Origin: an uncultured Verrucomicrobiae bacterium
GTDB taxonomy: Bacteria > Verrucomicrobiota > Verrucomicrobiia > Limisphaerales > Palsa-1400
Assembly: GCA_963707025.1 (NCBI GenBank)
Contig: CAVPOM010000008.1
Location: 64,001 to 128,000, forward strand
Reading direction: 5' to 3'
Length of the DNA: 64,000 nucleotides
Shown here: positions 39,097-49,530 of the stretch, one piece after another
Layout of the letters: the number at the start of each line of letters is the position of its first letter
Numbering within the stretch: position 1 is the stretch's first letter
Position numbers and translations under genes: made by a program
Notes under the pieces: model-generated
Databases searched by the model: none
What the model was told of the DNA's origin: nothing
Seen by the model: only the letters and a program-made list of their open reading frames with translations

Positions 39097-39996
39097 TCAT
39101 TCAGCGTTATAAGGTATTAAAGACGGTCCTGTTTGTTCGTGCGACTTAAAGCGGACCAGGGCGCGAGCCATTGAACTCGTGGCGTAGCAATAGGCGCAGT
39201 TAAACAGGCACGAGTCATACATGCCGATATCTCTGCTGACAACGCAACCGCACGCAATCCGCTGCGCCGGGTCTTTCTGGTGATTCACATTGATGTTGAA
39301 AACCTTCAAAATCAAATCATCGTCCACGCACTTGCCAGGTTTGACTCCATAGCGGCTCAAATCAATCTGCTCGGCGCAACTCGTAATCTCCATGTTGTTC
39401 CGTTTGGCCGCGTTCACCATTTCAACCATGGTGCGCCCCAATTCGGCTTCGTTGCATTCGATAGGCACTATTCCCTGGCGGCTCAGAGCCTCCACCAGCG
39501 TCTTGATCTTATTATAAATATCCACAATGCTGGTCACCGACCTATGGGTGAAACCGCGAAGCGCGTCCGCAATGGAAGAATAGGAGTCAACGTGAAAACT
39601 TGGTTGGGTGACCGTCGTGAAGAAAATCGGATCGTACCGCCAAATAACGCGGCCGGGACCAATTCGCTCGGCCAGCTTTTTGAAAGTGGAAAGGGCGTCG
39701 GCAACACCCGGCACCTTCGGGTCGATCTCCCTGGGGTTGTTTAGGACTGTGTATTGAAAGTAATAGCGCAATCCCCGGCTGTCTAATTCGTCCAAATGCT
39801 GCATGAGCGGCTTGGGATTGCGAGTCCAAAATACAATTGCGGCTACATCGTCTGGTTTTAGGGAAACGCGACAAACCTGCTTTGGATTCACGGGATTGGG
39901 GACCTCGCAGTAACCGGCACGGACACGATTGATCAACCACTCCGAATAAAATGCGGCTATATCGGTACGACGACTGGCACTGATTATAGTCTGCAT
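39097..39996 (-). CDS. DUF1848 domain protein
   Basis: IISASRRTDIAAFY, WRYDPI, DIGMYDSC..CAYCYA. Confidence 0.9.
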   Translation of the reverse strand: MQTIISASRRTDIAAFYSEWLINRVRAGYCEVPNPVNPKQVCRVSLKPDDVAAIVFWTRNPKPLMQHLDELDSRGLRYYFQYTVLNNPREIDPKVPGVADALSTFKKLAERIGPGRVIWRYDPIFFTTVTQPSFHVDSYSSIADALRGFTHRSVTSIVDIYNKIKTLVEALSRQGIVPIECNEAELGRTMVEMVNAAKRNNMEITSCAEQIDLSRYGVKPGKCVDDDLILKVFNINVNHQKDPAQRIACGCVVSRDIGMYDSCLFNCAYCYATSSMARALVRFKSHEQTGPSLIPYNAE

Positions 39997-40106
39997 AAAG
40001 CGTTCGCTTCAGGGATGCCGCATTTAAATGCCTGGCGTCCTAACGCGCTTTTCAATAATACTCAAGTCGTTTTAGACGCATCTTTTCACGCCAAAGCTTG
40101 ATTTGT

Positions 40107-40352
40107 TCACCCCTGTTGCCCAAGATACCACTGGTCCGATTCGAGGTCGTGTTTGAGCAGGTACTCGCGCTCGTTCACGGCGCGCACTTTGAAATAGTCA
40201 GCGCGGGGCCACTCGGGTTTGCTCTCGACCTGGTACCAGCGGTCGAGCACTTCGCCCACTTCGATGGTCCGTCCTTGCCGGATGAACCGGCGGGGCGTCT
40301 CGCCGACTTTGGCCCCGGCGTAGCATTCGACTTGAATCGGGGTGAGTTTCAT
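40107..40352 (-). CDS. Small conserved hypothetical protein
   Basis: VECYAG...PRRF...YFKV; coupled to the DUF434 gene. Confidence 0.7.
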   Translation of the reverse strand: MKLTPIQVECYAGAKVGETPRRFIRQGRTIEVGEVLDRWYQVESKPEWPRADYFKVRAVNEREYLLKHDLESDQWYLGQQG

Positions 40353-41095
40353 GAACCATCCCCTGGGACACTCTTATCCGGACCAAGCTCCACCATGTGT
40401 GCGGCCGGCACCTGGCCGGCGATAATTTGACGAGACAGGTTAAACCAGCGTTGGCAGCGGTCCGGAATCGCGTGGTCCGAACTGGATACAACCTGGTCTG
40501 TGACAGAAAGAACCCGGTCGGGATTCATCACCAGTTCAACCTCCCAAGGCCAGCCTGTCCCATCGGCCACCTCCTGGATAATTCCTTTGAGGCGGCCGCT
40601 GTTGTCAACGGGGCTGTCCAGCAACCAGCGGCACTTGCTGACCGCCAATTGAGCAGCCATTTGGCCAATCGCGTGGAGTGCCGGGAGGGTCTCCTCCACC
40701 TTGTGGTAATGGGAATAAACCCCGGCCACGTCCCGGCAGCAATCGTCCCTGCCGATGAGGATCACTCCGCCGCCCAGGGCCGTCTCGACTGCCGTCAATA
40801 CGTTAAAACCGTCCAGCCAAAGCTCCTGGCCGCGCAACTGGGCCAGCTCGATGCAATGGGCCTGACGCCGCTCCTTGGCGGCCTTGGAACAGGCGCACCG
40901 GGCGATGGCGATGCGCTGCCAGCGGGCCAGGTGATGGCGATCCCCCACCAGTTCCGTAGCGCAGCCGATGCCATAACCATGGTCCAACAACCAGCACAAA
41001 TCACTGGTTGCCTGGCGCAAGGCGGCTAGGCGACCGGCGCCGAACAAACGCGCATCTTCGGGGTCTGCGCCCCTGTGCCGGTGGAGTTTTCGCAC
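40349..41095 (-). CDS. DUF434 domain protein
   Basis: HRGADPED..DLCWLL, LDGFNVL, LDSPVDNSGRL. Confidence 0.85.
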   Translation of the reverse strand: MRKLHRHRGADPEDARLFGAGRLAALRQATSDLCWLLDHGYGIGCATELVGDRHHLARWQRIAIARCACSKAAKERRQAHCIELAQLRGQELWLDGFNVLTAVETALGGGVILIGRDDCCRDVAGVYSHYHKVEETLPALHAIGQMAAQLAVSKCRWLLDSPVDNSGRLKGIIQEVADGTGWPWEVELVMNPDRVLSVTDQVVSSSDHAIPDRCQRWFNLSRQIIAGQVPAAHMVELGPDKSVPGDGS

Positions 41096-41469
41096 GGTTT
41101 CGTACTCCTTTCAGAAACTGTTCCGCCTTCTTCCGTGTGGCCGGCGGCGAATTCTTGATCTGCTTTCGCACGAACCGAAGCGCCGGAGCCGGATTCTGGA
41201 GCAACTCAAAAAAGTCTCTGTGCCAAATCCGTCCATGACTTTTTCCAACAGCCGAGGGTTCTTGATCACCCTGCGGGCGAGTGGCTGCGGGTTTGAAGCC
41301 GCCTGGCGAACAGGTGCAAGCGAAGCGATCATGGCGCAAGGTTACTCCGCGCCGTGCGGAGGGTCAAATGCGCGCAACTCCGGGTCCAGCCCGCCGCGGC
41401 GCAGCACGCGGCCGGTTGCGTTTTCACGATGGGCTTGAGTGAAGAGTTCCCTGATGGTAGATGTTGATT

Positions 41470-41817
41470 ATGCCATTGCTAAAACTCGAAACCACCGTTG
41501 TCCTCTCCGAGGAAAAGCGGCAAGCCCTGCTGGCCTCTCTGTCCAAAACCGTCGCCGAATCCATTGGCAAACCGCAACAATACGTCATGGTGGCCGCGAG
41601 CCAGGCCGCCATGCAGATGTCCGGCAATCTGGGTGACGCGGCCTTTGTGGATGTCCGGAGCATTGGCGGGTTGACCGGCGACGTGAACCGGAAGCTCTCG
41701 CAGAAGGTCTGCCAGTTGCTGCACGATTCTCTCGGAATCCCGCCAAACCGCATTTACCTCAACTTCACCGAGGTCAAAGCGAGCCACTGGGGTTGGAACG
41801 GGAGCACGTTTGGGTGA
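41470..41817 (+). CDS. MIF-like phenylpyruvate tautomerase
   Basis: MPLL start, GKPQQYVMV, SIGG, RIYLNF, WGWNGSTF. Confidence 0.9.
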   Translation: MPLLKLETTVVLSEEKRQALLASLSKTVAESIGKPQQYVMVAASQAAMQMSGNLGDAAFVDVRSIGGLTGDVNRKLSQKVCQLLHDSLGIPPNRIYLNFTEVKASHWGWNGSTFG

Positions 41818-41857
41818 TGGCGATGGACCTGCCCGAGGCCAAAGGAACTTACGTGCC

Positions 41858-42327
41858 ATGCAAATCCAATTTATCACAGGTGACGCCACCGACCCCATTG
41901 GAGCCGGAAACAAAATCATCGCCCATGTCTGTAATGACATCGGCGCGTGGGGCGCAGTTTTTGTCCTGGCCATCTCCAAGCGATGGCCTCAGCCAAAGGC
42001 GGAATATCTGAAATCGCGGGGATGTCTGACACTCGGCACGGTCTCCCTGATCCAGGTTGAGCCCAGCATTTGGGTGGCGAACATGATTGCCCAAAGGGGA
42101 ATTCGCACCGAGGACAGGGTTCCTCCAATCCGCTATGCCGCGCTCAGGCAGTGCTTGGGAATATTGGCTGTCGAAGCGCGGAAACTACAGGCGACCATTC
42201 ACATGCCGCGAATCGGTTGCGGCCTTGCAGGCGGGAAATGGGATCCGTTGAGCCTTTGATTCGGATAGCAATCCCCACCACCGCGGTGTTTGTGTATGAC
42301 CTGCCGCCAACCGCGAAATTGAAGTGA
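41858..42327 (+). CDS. Macro domain protein (frameshift near C-terminus)
   Basis: GDAT, AHVCNDIGAWG, MPRIGCGLAGGKW. Confidence 0.85.
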
Positions 42328-42416
42328 GACGGCCATTGACCGCCCCTGGCTGTCCCTGTGAGATCGGCCATTTCCGTGATTGACTCCAAACCCAAACCTG
42401 CATTACAAATTCCGCC

Positions 42417-42782
42417 ATGACCGATCTTGCCACTTTAACAACAACGCAACTCCGCCAAGTCCTCGCCATCAAGGAGCAGATCGAGACGCTGCAAGGCCAA
42501 CTCGATTCCATTGCTGGCGGAGGAGAAGTTCAATCCCCTTCAACTGAGGAAGCCCCCACTCCGGCCAAGCGCAAATATCACATGACCGCTGCCCATCAAC
42601 GCAAACTCATAAAGGCTCTGGCCAGGGCACGGAAGATACGCTGGGCCAAGGCGAAGGGAACCAAAACGAAGCCGACTAAAAAGAAGGATTGGCGCAGCAG
42701 CCCAGCGGTCAGGGCCAAGCTTTCAGCGGCGGCCAAAGCGAGATGGGCGAAGGCGAGGGCAGAGGGGAGGAAGACGTTGTAA
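42417..42782 (+). CDS. Small basic nucleoid-associated-like protein
   Basis: N-terminal coiled coil, K/R/A-rich repeats (KARWAK). Confidence 0.7.
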   Translation: MTDLATLTTTQLRQVLAIKEQIETLQGQLDSIAGGGEVQSPSTEEAPTPAKRKYHMTAAHQRKLIKALARARKIRWAKAKGTKTKPTKKKDWRSSPAVRAKLSAAAKARWAKARAEGRKTL

Positions 42783-42854
42783 GGTTGGCACGAAGTGCCT
42801 CCCTCCAGCTACCCCAAATGGCCGGACGCTTTCGCGGGGGTTAGGTTACCGCCG

Positions 42855-42942
42855 TTCTGACCACCCGACTCTGACCGGCCCAGTTCCTGACCGCTCCAGT
42901 TCCTGACCGCCCCAGCCCTCGACCGCCCCAGCTCCCGACCGC
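42855..42942. repeat. Degenerate ~16-bp tandem repeats (~6 units)
   Basis: Units resembling ttcctgaccgccccag. Confidence 0.75.
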
Positions 42943-42995
42943 TTATGTTTTTCCCAACCAACAGGCACTTGATAGACTAAAGTGCCGCGATCGCC

Positions 42996-43190
42996 TCAAA
43001 TCTCCCGGCAACGATGGAAAGACGTTGCTTCGCACCCAGCATCCCAGAACAGATGTCCAGAAAGGGAATCAGCAAAGTCGGGGTGCCGCAGGATTTTAAG
43101 AAATTCAGAAGCCACAAACGCTCGAATCGGGGCAGCCGCCTGGGCAACATCGTTCACGATGCTGGCGCGTCCATCCACCAATGTAACGAT
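42996..43190 (-). pseudogene. C-terminal fragment of a nucleotidyltransferase-type toxin
   Basis: VDGRASIVNDV..IRAFVASEF..FADSLSGHL. Confidence 0.45.
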
Positions 43191-43374
43191 GCTGGTAGCG
43201 CCCGCGCTGAGACGAAACTTCCGCGCTGAAATCCTGCCTGGGATCGGCTTTTGCTGCTACGCAAGCTGACCGGAGCAACACGAAAGGATGTAACGCATCG
43301 AAGAATGAGATGGCATTGGAGGATGGCCATTCACCATCTTGACCTTGCTCGACGCAGAGCGGTTGAAAGCGAAG

Positions 43375-46300
43375 TTATCGCAGACTGGCATCCAGAATCA
43401 TTGCCCGAACCTTGATCCGCGCTTTGGACAACTCTGCTGCTTTGGCGTCAAGGCTCTCCTGCAACGCACTTTTGTCGGAGGGCGTCAAGTGCCTGCGGCG
43501 GTAATCTCCATCGTCCCATTTGTCACTGGTGAACCATCCCACCAAATAAACTCCATGCCGGCATGGGTTGTCTTGAAGGTAACGTCCGGCCAGTTGCGAT
43601 TCCAAGTCCGTCTCCAATTTGGGGTTCCAGGAACATTTTGTCTCGATAATGACACTGACCGTCTCATAAGAGCCGCCCTCCTCTTTCGCCACCGCATCCA
43701 CATGGATGTCTGTCTCCTGGCCGCGTCGAATCTCAACTTCACGTTTGGGAATGATGCCGCGTGAAATTAGATCGGTCTGGAGATGCTCCTTGGCAAGGTC
43801 CGCAAACGCGGCTTCGTCCTTCGGTCGAAATATGTTCTTGGCAACCTCATTCCAGAGATACTGGCGGAGAGGCGTCTCGCCTTGCAATTTTGCTCCCAGC
43901 TTGGAGAGGCTCTCCATGACAGCTTCCAGCAATTCATCGGCATCCCGGACGAGGCGGGCATCCCTTTGGTCGGCAAAAGCGAACAACTCGCCGGGGATGG
44001 GTGGCCGCCAGTTCTTCTTGCGTGTGATCGCCTTGGCGTGTGACAGCACTTGGTTGAGACCCAATTGGGGCAACCTGCTCTGGATGGATTCGATGGCAGA
44101 AAGGGTCGCCGGTGTTCCACGCTCGGAAAGATGTTGGAGCACTCCATCGCGCAATCGCTCGATCTTTTCCTCAGGGCCAACGAAATGGGCACGGGTGCGC
44201 CTGTTGTCCTTTTCATGCGGATAGTGCTCGACAAGCCAGCAATATAGTTCTGCAACTTGGTCTTCACTCAATCGATTAAGGAGCACGGTCGGCGTGAGAA
44301 AATAAGTGTAAGCAAGTCTTGCTACGAAATTTCTCCCAAAAGGGCCATCCTCGAGAATCAAAGGCCACAACGCATTCCAACTTCCTGGGGAATGCTCGAC
44401 CAAGATTCCAGCGGCAGCCAACGCTTTCTGACGGCTGGATTCATCGGCGGATGAGCGGAGATCAAGCAGCGATGAACCAAGTGAAACTGCATCGGTCTCC
44501 CTGTGCGCCATCAGGGCTTTGAGGAGGTCTGCCAGAGTATCCGGGCTGGTTTCCGGGTCTTTGGCGGTTTGGAGAACGAGGCCGGCAATCCGGCTGTCCC
44601 ACAAACCGCCCAACTTCCTCAAGACGGCCGGTCCTGCGGATTCCCGCTTCTCTTTTTGCAAGATTCTCGCAAACCATAACAGTGTGTCTTCCGGGACGAC
44701 CTCGTAGGCTTTTCGCGTCAAAATCGTGTGGGGTTCAAGTTCATCAAATACTGGATAACCCAGAATGATTGCGACCCACTTACTCCAAACACTGACGGGC
44801 AACGCGGGAAACAGGAGTGGTGCTTCCTTGTAAAGGAGATAAAGCGCCTTGAAGCCGGCTGCGGCCGGAAGATGGACAATGTTTGGTTCCGTAAACCAGG
44901 CATCGGGATTGGCGTCTTTGTCCCGGATATAAGTTTCCGCAGCTTTGATGATCCGGCCTCGAACTGACGAATCCGCCTCCTTCCAACCAGGCAATTGTGT
45001 AACGTCGGAAGCTTCTTCATTATCGTAATAGTTGCTCTTCGCTGTCAAGCAGAGTTCCCTGACCAGCAGCCAAAAGACATCTGTATTCCCGCCTTCGAAT
45101 TGCTCCAGAATTGAAAGGACTCTCTTATAGGGAGGCGGATCCAGTGGTTGTTGTGCTTCCGCTTCGTCTTGGTGGATGCTGGCGAGAGCTTCATACTCTT
45201 CACGCTCCCTTTTCGCTCTTTCTGAACCAAGTTCAATCGGACTCAAGTCGGGCAAGAATCGCTTGTGTGCGGCAGGGATTTTCTCCGCAAGACTCATGAT
45301 CCTTTCGGTTTGCGACCAATCCATTTTGATCCAAGCCAACTGCAACCACTGCGCCAGCACCGCCTGGCGCTCGCGGTTGTCTTCTCGCTCCAGATGATCC
45401 GCCAACCAGTTGAAATCATTTCGAGTCAGTATCGGACACTCCCCCATGAACATGGTCACCGACCCCTGGCTCTCATTGGCTTGCGAAAGTTCACACAGAA
45501 TTGTCTCGACAATATGCAACCTCAGTTGGTCGTCAGTCTTGAGCATCTGCAGCCACTCGTCAGACCGGATGTCCAAATCATGCTTTCGCAGCCGATCCAG
45601 GATCGTTCTTGAAAACTCATCAAGCACATCAGGTCCCTCCAGATTATTAGCAGCAATTTTGAGGATCTCCTCTAGTAGTTTGCCAAAGGAAGGACGAAGC
45701 CCACGTCGTGGCTTTTGCTGTCGCACCCATCTGAGCGCCTGTGGCAAATGTTCCGCCTTTATGTTGCCGATGAGCCGACGCGCTAGGAAATGCTTGTACG
45801 TGCCATAGAACCCGTTCTCTGGTGGAAGCGTCAGCACTGAAAAAAGTTCAGCACCGGACATTTGCTCCGGCCAACACGCTTCGAGGGCGCACCCCTTTAA
45901 ATCGTTTTTTGGGTCTTCTTCGGCGGATAGGTGGACCAGGGGCTTCAATCGCCCTTTTTCGGTCGCCAAACCGAGGTGGGCCACAAATAAAGCGGCGCCT
46001 TTGCGAAGCTGACTCTCCTCGCTGTGGTCCAACGCGATTTCCGCCAAGTCGTTGGCAAATTCCGTCAGTTCACAAGCTTCAGCGAGGTTGATTGCTTCCA
46101 ACCGGGCGTTCATTGACTTCGACCGGTCCAGGATGTACGGGCGGAGTTGGTCTGCCATTTTTGGATGCTTGAGTTTTGGCCACCTTTGACGCGAGGGAAG
46201 GCTGTCTAAGACTCCATCGTTGAGTTGTTTTAACAGGACTCTCACAAGTCCTTCTTTGTCTTCCTCGCCTGCGGACGAAATGTCGCTGCGCAACAGTATA

Positions 46301-48582
46301 TCCGGCTCGGTCTTGAACATAGCCTCACGGATACAGGCATCCATCGTCGCCAGCCAGGCTGCGGTTTCATGGAGTTGCGGAACCAGTTTTCCCTCGGCAT
46401 CTCCGTGATAGACCAACAACTTGAGCATTTTCTCAAGCGACATCTTGCTGTCATGAAGAAACTGAGCGGCCAGGAACTCGGCATACGTTTGATGCGCCCA
46501 TCCCAATCGGTTTTTTCCGCGAGAGCAGAACAATCCCGTATCAAGCGTTTCCTTCAGAATTTCATGGGTGACCGGAATTCCGGTTGCGGAAAAAGGCCCC
46601 GCACACAACTCGTCCAAAGTCAGGTCTGATTCCAACGGATCGCCGCAATTTGATTCCGTCCAAATCGCGTCCCGTTGGCACAAAATGGTCGCGGCCGCAA
46701 TGCGCGTGGCGATTTGAAACCGTTGGTCGCGCGTGAGCTTGCAAACTCCTTTCGCCCGTCTTCGGCCAGGGCTTTGCTCCTCGCAGAGAATGCGGCAGCC
46801 ATCTGCATACAGTTGCTTTTGGCTAAAACCATGCAAAGTGCCGCGTTGGAAGGCCAGAAGCAGGAATTTGAGCGTAATCGGTTTGAAGGCCAAAGCAACC
46901 AAGTCATGGTCGTCAATCAATCGCTGGAGAGCATTTGCGTCAATGCCACTGCCTTTGGCTGCTTCGCTGACATCGTTTCTGGTCAGCGGAGCCAATTCGT
47001 ACACGCCGAAGTCGGGTTCGAGCCATTTCGATTTCAGGGCTTGCTCCAATTCCGTCGGCCAGTCCGCCGTCCGGCACGCAATGCGGAGAGACAGACCTTT
47101 TACTGAGGGGAGTTGGCCGATCTCATCAGCCAATAATCCGGCGATGGTTTGCTGGTTCAAGAGCGCCTCGTCCAAGCTATCGAGGAAAAGATGAAGTTGA
47201 AATTCGCCGTTGGACCATCCCCGGAACTCGGGTGAACCAAACAAATCTTTCCTCAACCGTTCTTCGTTTCCATACGATTTAAGATCGAGAAAGAGCGGCT
47301 TCACCTTCGTGGCTTTCATCGAAGCATGAGCGGCTTTCACCGCCGCTCCGATGGCATGGCTCTTTCCCATCCCCGGCTCGCCCAACAAGACAAGGCATGG
47401 AATGGAGGCGATGGACTCATACGGCACCACTTCAGGTCGGGATTTGTCCCATGGAAATGAAGCGAGGTAAGGAAATCCGCCATCCGCGAGGCTGACTCTG
47501 CCTCCGCGGACCACCCACAATCGTTGCCAATTGAAGTCCCCGGCCGCCGGCAAGGTCCTTTGCATCGCTTCAATCAGACCGCCGGGTTTTCCCGGCAGAA
47601 GGTCAGCGCCGCCTCGCCTGGTGACGGGACGTTTGGGGATCGCCCGCAGCAGGTCATTTTCCACCTCGCGGAGGATTTTATCCTGTTCCGATTCCAGAAT
47701 GTAGGCCGTTAAATTCTCCTCGCGCATCGCGAAGACGCGGCGCCATACCGTGCTCAATGCCCGGGCTTGAGTTCTCCAATCAAACCAGCAAATCCCTTCA
47801 TCGAGAGCGCCAAGAAAACGCAACACCCTTTCGGAATCCGCAAAATACTCCTTTGCATTGCCGATATTCCGGACTTGGAAAACACCGGCGGATGTCATGT
47901 CCAACAGAGCATCTTGCACGCGACGCTGGGAATAGCCGAGTTCGCGGGCGATGCGCGTTGGATTAGAGGCTCCTTGCAACACGACGAAGGTAAAAACATC
48001 CGCGCGAATGCTCACACCAAACAATGCCCTTGCTTTGAACATGAAGTTCGCGGCGCTCCACTCCGATGCCGGCGACGCCAAGACAGGTGACGAAAGACCA
48101 CGCGTTTCCACAGGCGTGCGGAGCAATCCATAGGATTTGAAAGTGGCGTCTGGCTCCGAACCGGGCAGGAACAGCGGTTGGCCGTTTTTGCGGAATAGCG
48201 CCTCAGCCGACTTGTCCGGGAGTGGTTTTAACCTGGCTGCCAAGTTGCGCCATTTGGGTGTCTTGTCGTGACCCGACAGGGTGGCCGCGACAGCTCCCAA
48301 CACCTCTGGGGCGCAAATCCTGTCCGCATCAGACAACGCTGAAAGTCGGGCGACATTGATCCATCGGCCGTTCGTAATAAGCCAGTCGAGAACCTCGTCG
48401 AAGGTCCGCGGATCGTGCCGGGCGACCTCCAAGGTCAGCAGCAACAACGGCTCTGGGTCTATGACACGCGCTTGCTCCGGGGCGCGGGTGGCCATGACGC
48501 CGACGGCGGCCCACTGCTCAAGAACGAAGTTCAGTACCAGTTCGCTCAGTTTTTCCCTAAATTTGTTCAGCGATTCGCTCAT
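43375..48582 (-). CDS. wHTH antitoxin-like domain fused to NACHT/STAND ATPase, helical repeats and C-terminal restriction-endonuclease-like domain
   Basis: IDPEPLL..DPRTFDEVLDW N-domain; GEPGMGKS; LFLDSLDE; WAHQTYAEFLAA; REVEI..TDIHV..IIETK. Confidence 0.8.
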   Translation of the reverse strand: MSESLNKFREKLSELVLNFVLEQWAAVGVMATRAPEQARVIDPEPLLLLTLEVARHDPRTFDEVLDWLITNGRWINVARLSALSDADRICAPEVLGAVAATLSGHDKTPKWRNLAARLKPLPDKSAEALFRKNGQPLFLPGSEPDATFKSYGLLRTPVETRGLSSPVLASPASEWSAANFMFKARALFGVSIRADVFTFVVLQGASNPTRIARELGYSQRRVQDALLDMTSAGVFQVRNIGNAKEYFADSERVLRFLGALDEGICWFDWRTQARALSTVWRRVFAMREENLTAYILESEQDKILREVENDLLRAIPKRPVTRRGGADLLPGKPGGLIEAMQRTLPAAGDFNWQRLWVVRGGRVSLADGGFPYLASFPWDKSRPEVVPYESIASIPCLVLLGEPGMGKSHAIGAAVKAAHASMKATKVKPLFLDLKSYGNEERLRKDLFGSPEFRGWSNGEFQLHLFLDSLDEALLNQQTIAGLLADEIGQLPSVKGLSLRIACRTADWPTELEQALKSKWLEPDFGVYELAPLTRNDVSEAAKGSGIDANALQRLIDDHDLVALAFKPITLKFLLLAFQRGTLHGFSQKQLYADGCRILCEEQSPGRRRAKGVCKLTRDQRFQIATRIAAATILCQRDAIWTESNCGDPLESDLTLDELCAGPFSATGIPVTHEILKETLDTGLFCSRGKNRLGWAHQTYAEFLAAQFLHDSKMSLEKMLKLLVYHGDAEGKLVPQLHETAAWLATMDACIREAMFKTEPDILLRSDISSAGEEDKEGLVRVLLKQLNDGVLDSLPSRQRWPKLKHPKMADQLRPYILDRSKSMNARLEAINLAEACELTEFANDLAEIALDHSEESQLRKGAALFVAHLGLATEKGRLKPLVHLSAEEDPKNDLKGCALEACWPEQMSGAELFSVLTLPPENGFYGTYKHFLARRLIGNIKAEHLPQALRWVRQQKPRRGLRPSFGKLLEEILKIAANNLEGPDVLDEFSRTILDRLRKHDLDIRSDEWLQMLKTDDQLRLHIVETILCELSQANESQGSVTMFMGECPILTRNDFNWLADHLEREDNRERQAVLAQWLQLAWIKMDWSQTERIMSLAEKIPAAHKRFLPDLSPIELGSERAKREREEYEALASIHQDEAEAQQPLDPPPYKRVLSILEQFEGGNTDVFWLLVRELCLTAKSNYYDNEEASDVTQLPGWKEADSSVRGRIIKAAETYIRDKDANPDAWFTEPNIVHLPAAAGFKALYLLYKEAPLLFPALPVSVWSKWVAIILGYPVFDELEPHTILTRKAYEVVPEDTLLWFARILQKEKRESAGPAVLRKLGGLWDSRIAGLVLQTAKDPETSPDTLADLLKALMAHRETDAVSLGSSLLDLRSSADESSRQKALAAAGILVEHSPGSWNALWPLILEDGPFGRNFVARLAYTYFLTPTVLLNRLSEDQVAELYCWLVEHYPHEKDNRRTRAHFVGPEEKIERLRDGVLQHLSERGTPATLSAIESIQSRLPQLGLNQVLSHAKAITRKKNWRPPIPGELFAFADQRDARLVRDADELLEAVMESLSKLGAKLQGETPLRQYLWNEVAKNIFRPKDEAAFADLAKEHLQTDLISRGIIPKREVEIRRGQETDIHVDAVAKEEGGSYETVSVIIETKCSWNPKLETDLESQLAGRYLQDNPCRHGVYLVGWFTSDKWDDGDYRRRHLTPSDKSALQESLDAKAAELSKARIKVRAMILDASLR

Positions 48583-49156
48583 AACCAATTCGTTCCAGCA
48601 CTTGGCAGAGGGCGGATTTGAACTCCGGACTGGCTTCTCGCCCGAGCAGCCAGGAGACTGCGGCCCTCACTTCATGTTCCTTCGGCTTGAGATCAAGCAG
48701 GTCGCTGAGGTGCCGGGTGCCTTCCTTCGGGTCCATGGCCGCGTACATTTTGAAATGCACCTGGTCAAAGCGGTTGATGAAATAAACTGTCAAACATGCT
48801 CCGTAGGATTTCTTAATGAGCCGCGTGGTCATGTTCAGCGGAAATCCAAAGGCGATCAGCGGACTGGCATGGAAGTTGAACCAGTCTTTCCGAATGTCTA
48901 ATTCAATCCCGATTTCCGCCACCAACCGTTCAACGTCTGCGGGCAGATTCTTGTCCGCCAGAACTTCAACATTAACCTGATTCACGCGAAGAAGTGCGAT
49001 GATATCAACGTCCTCTGTTGCCCGAGCCACTAAACCAACAGCGATGAGTGCAGTGCCTCCACACACCGCCACATTGAGCGGTTTCACCTCCGCATACACC
49101 ATTTTTCGATTCAGGTGGCTCAAGATTTCATTTATATTATCAGCCGATATACTCAT
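48557..49156 (-). CDS. DUF6036-like nucleotidyltransferase (type IV toxin-like)
   Basis: VCGGTAL...RATEDVD...FKMYAA...HLSDL. Confidence 0.8.
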   Translation of the reverse strand: MSISADNINEILSHLNRKMVYAEVKPLNVAVCGGTALIAVGLVARATEDVDIIALLRVNQVNVEVLADKNLPADVERLVAEIGIELDIRKDWFNFHASPLIAFGFPLNMTTRLIKKSYGACLTVYFINRFDQVHFKMYAAMDPKEGTRHLSDLLDLKPKEHEVRAAVSWLLGREASPEFKSALCQVLERIGYERIAEQI

Positions 49157-49530
49157 AAACGACGGTTTAATGCTTATATTAAGCGTTATTACGTCAAATG
49201 TCAAATGGAAGTTTAGACTAAAATCGCTAAAGATGCAGAGGGCTTGGCACCAATGGATTTTGCCAAAGGGGCGCAAAGGCCCGGCAGAAAGCGTTCCAAG
49301 TGCCGGTACTGCGGCAGCCATTGCGCAAGAACGCTTCACATTTTAACGATTTTGTCAATTTGGCCGGCGACGGGGACGAACCGCGACCGCGCCCCTACCG
49401 CGCCTTCCATGAATACTTTGTTTCCGACCCATGAAGGCAAGGAGGAGTGCTGGGCCTTCGCCGCTTCACAGCGGTAACTCCGCAAGAGCCGTTGACCCCA
49501 TCCTGAGTTGCTGGTAGCGTCCACGTTGAG

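Noticed and set aside
42855..42942. Possible CRISPR array
   Set aside because: Short degenerate tandem units without spacers; no cas genes in the window
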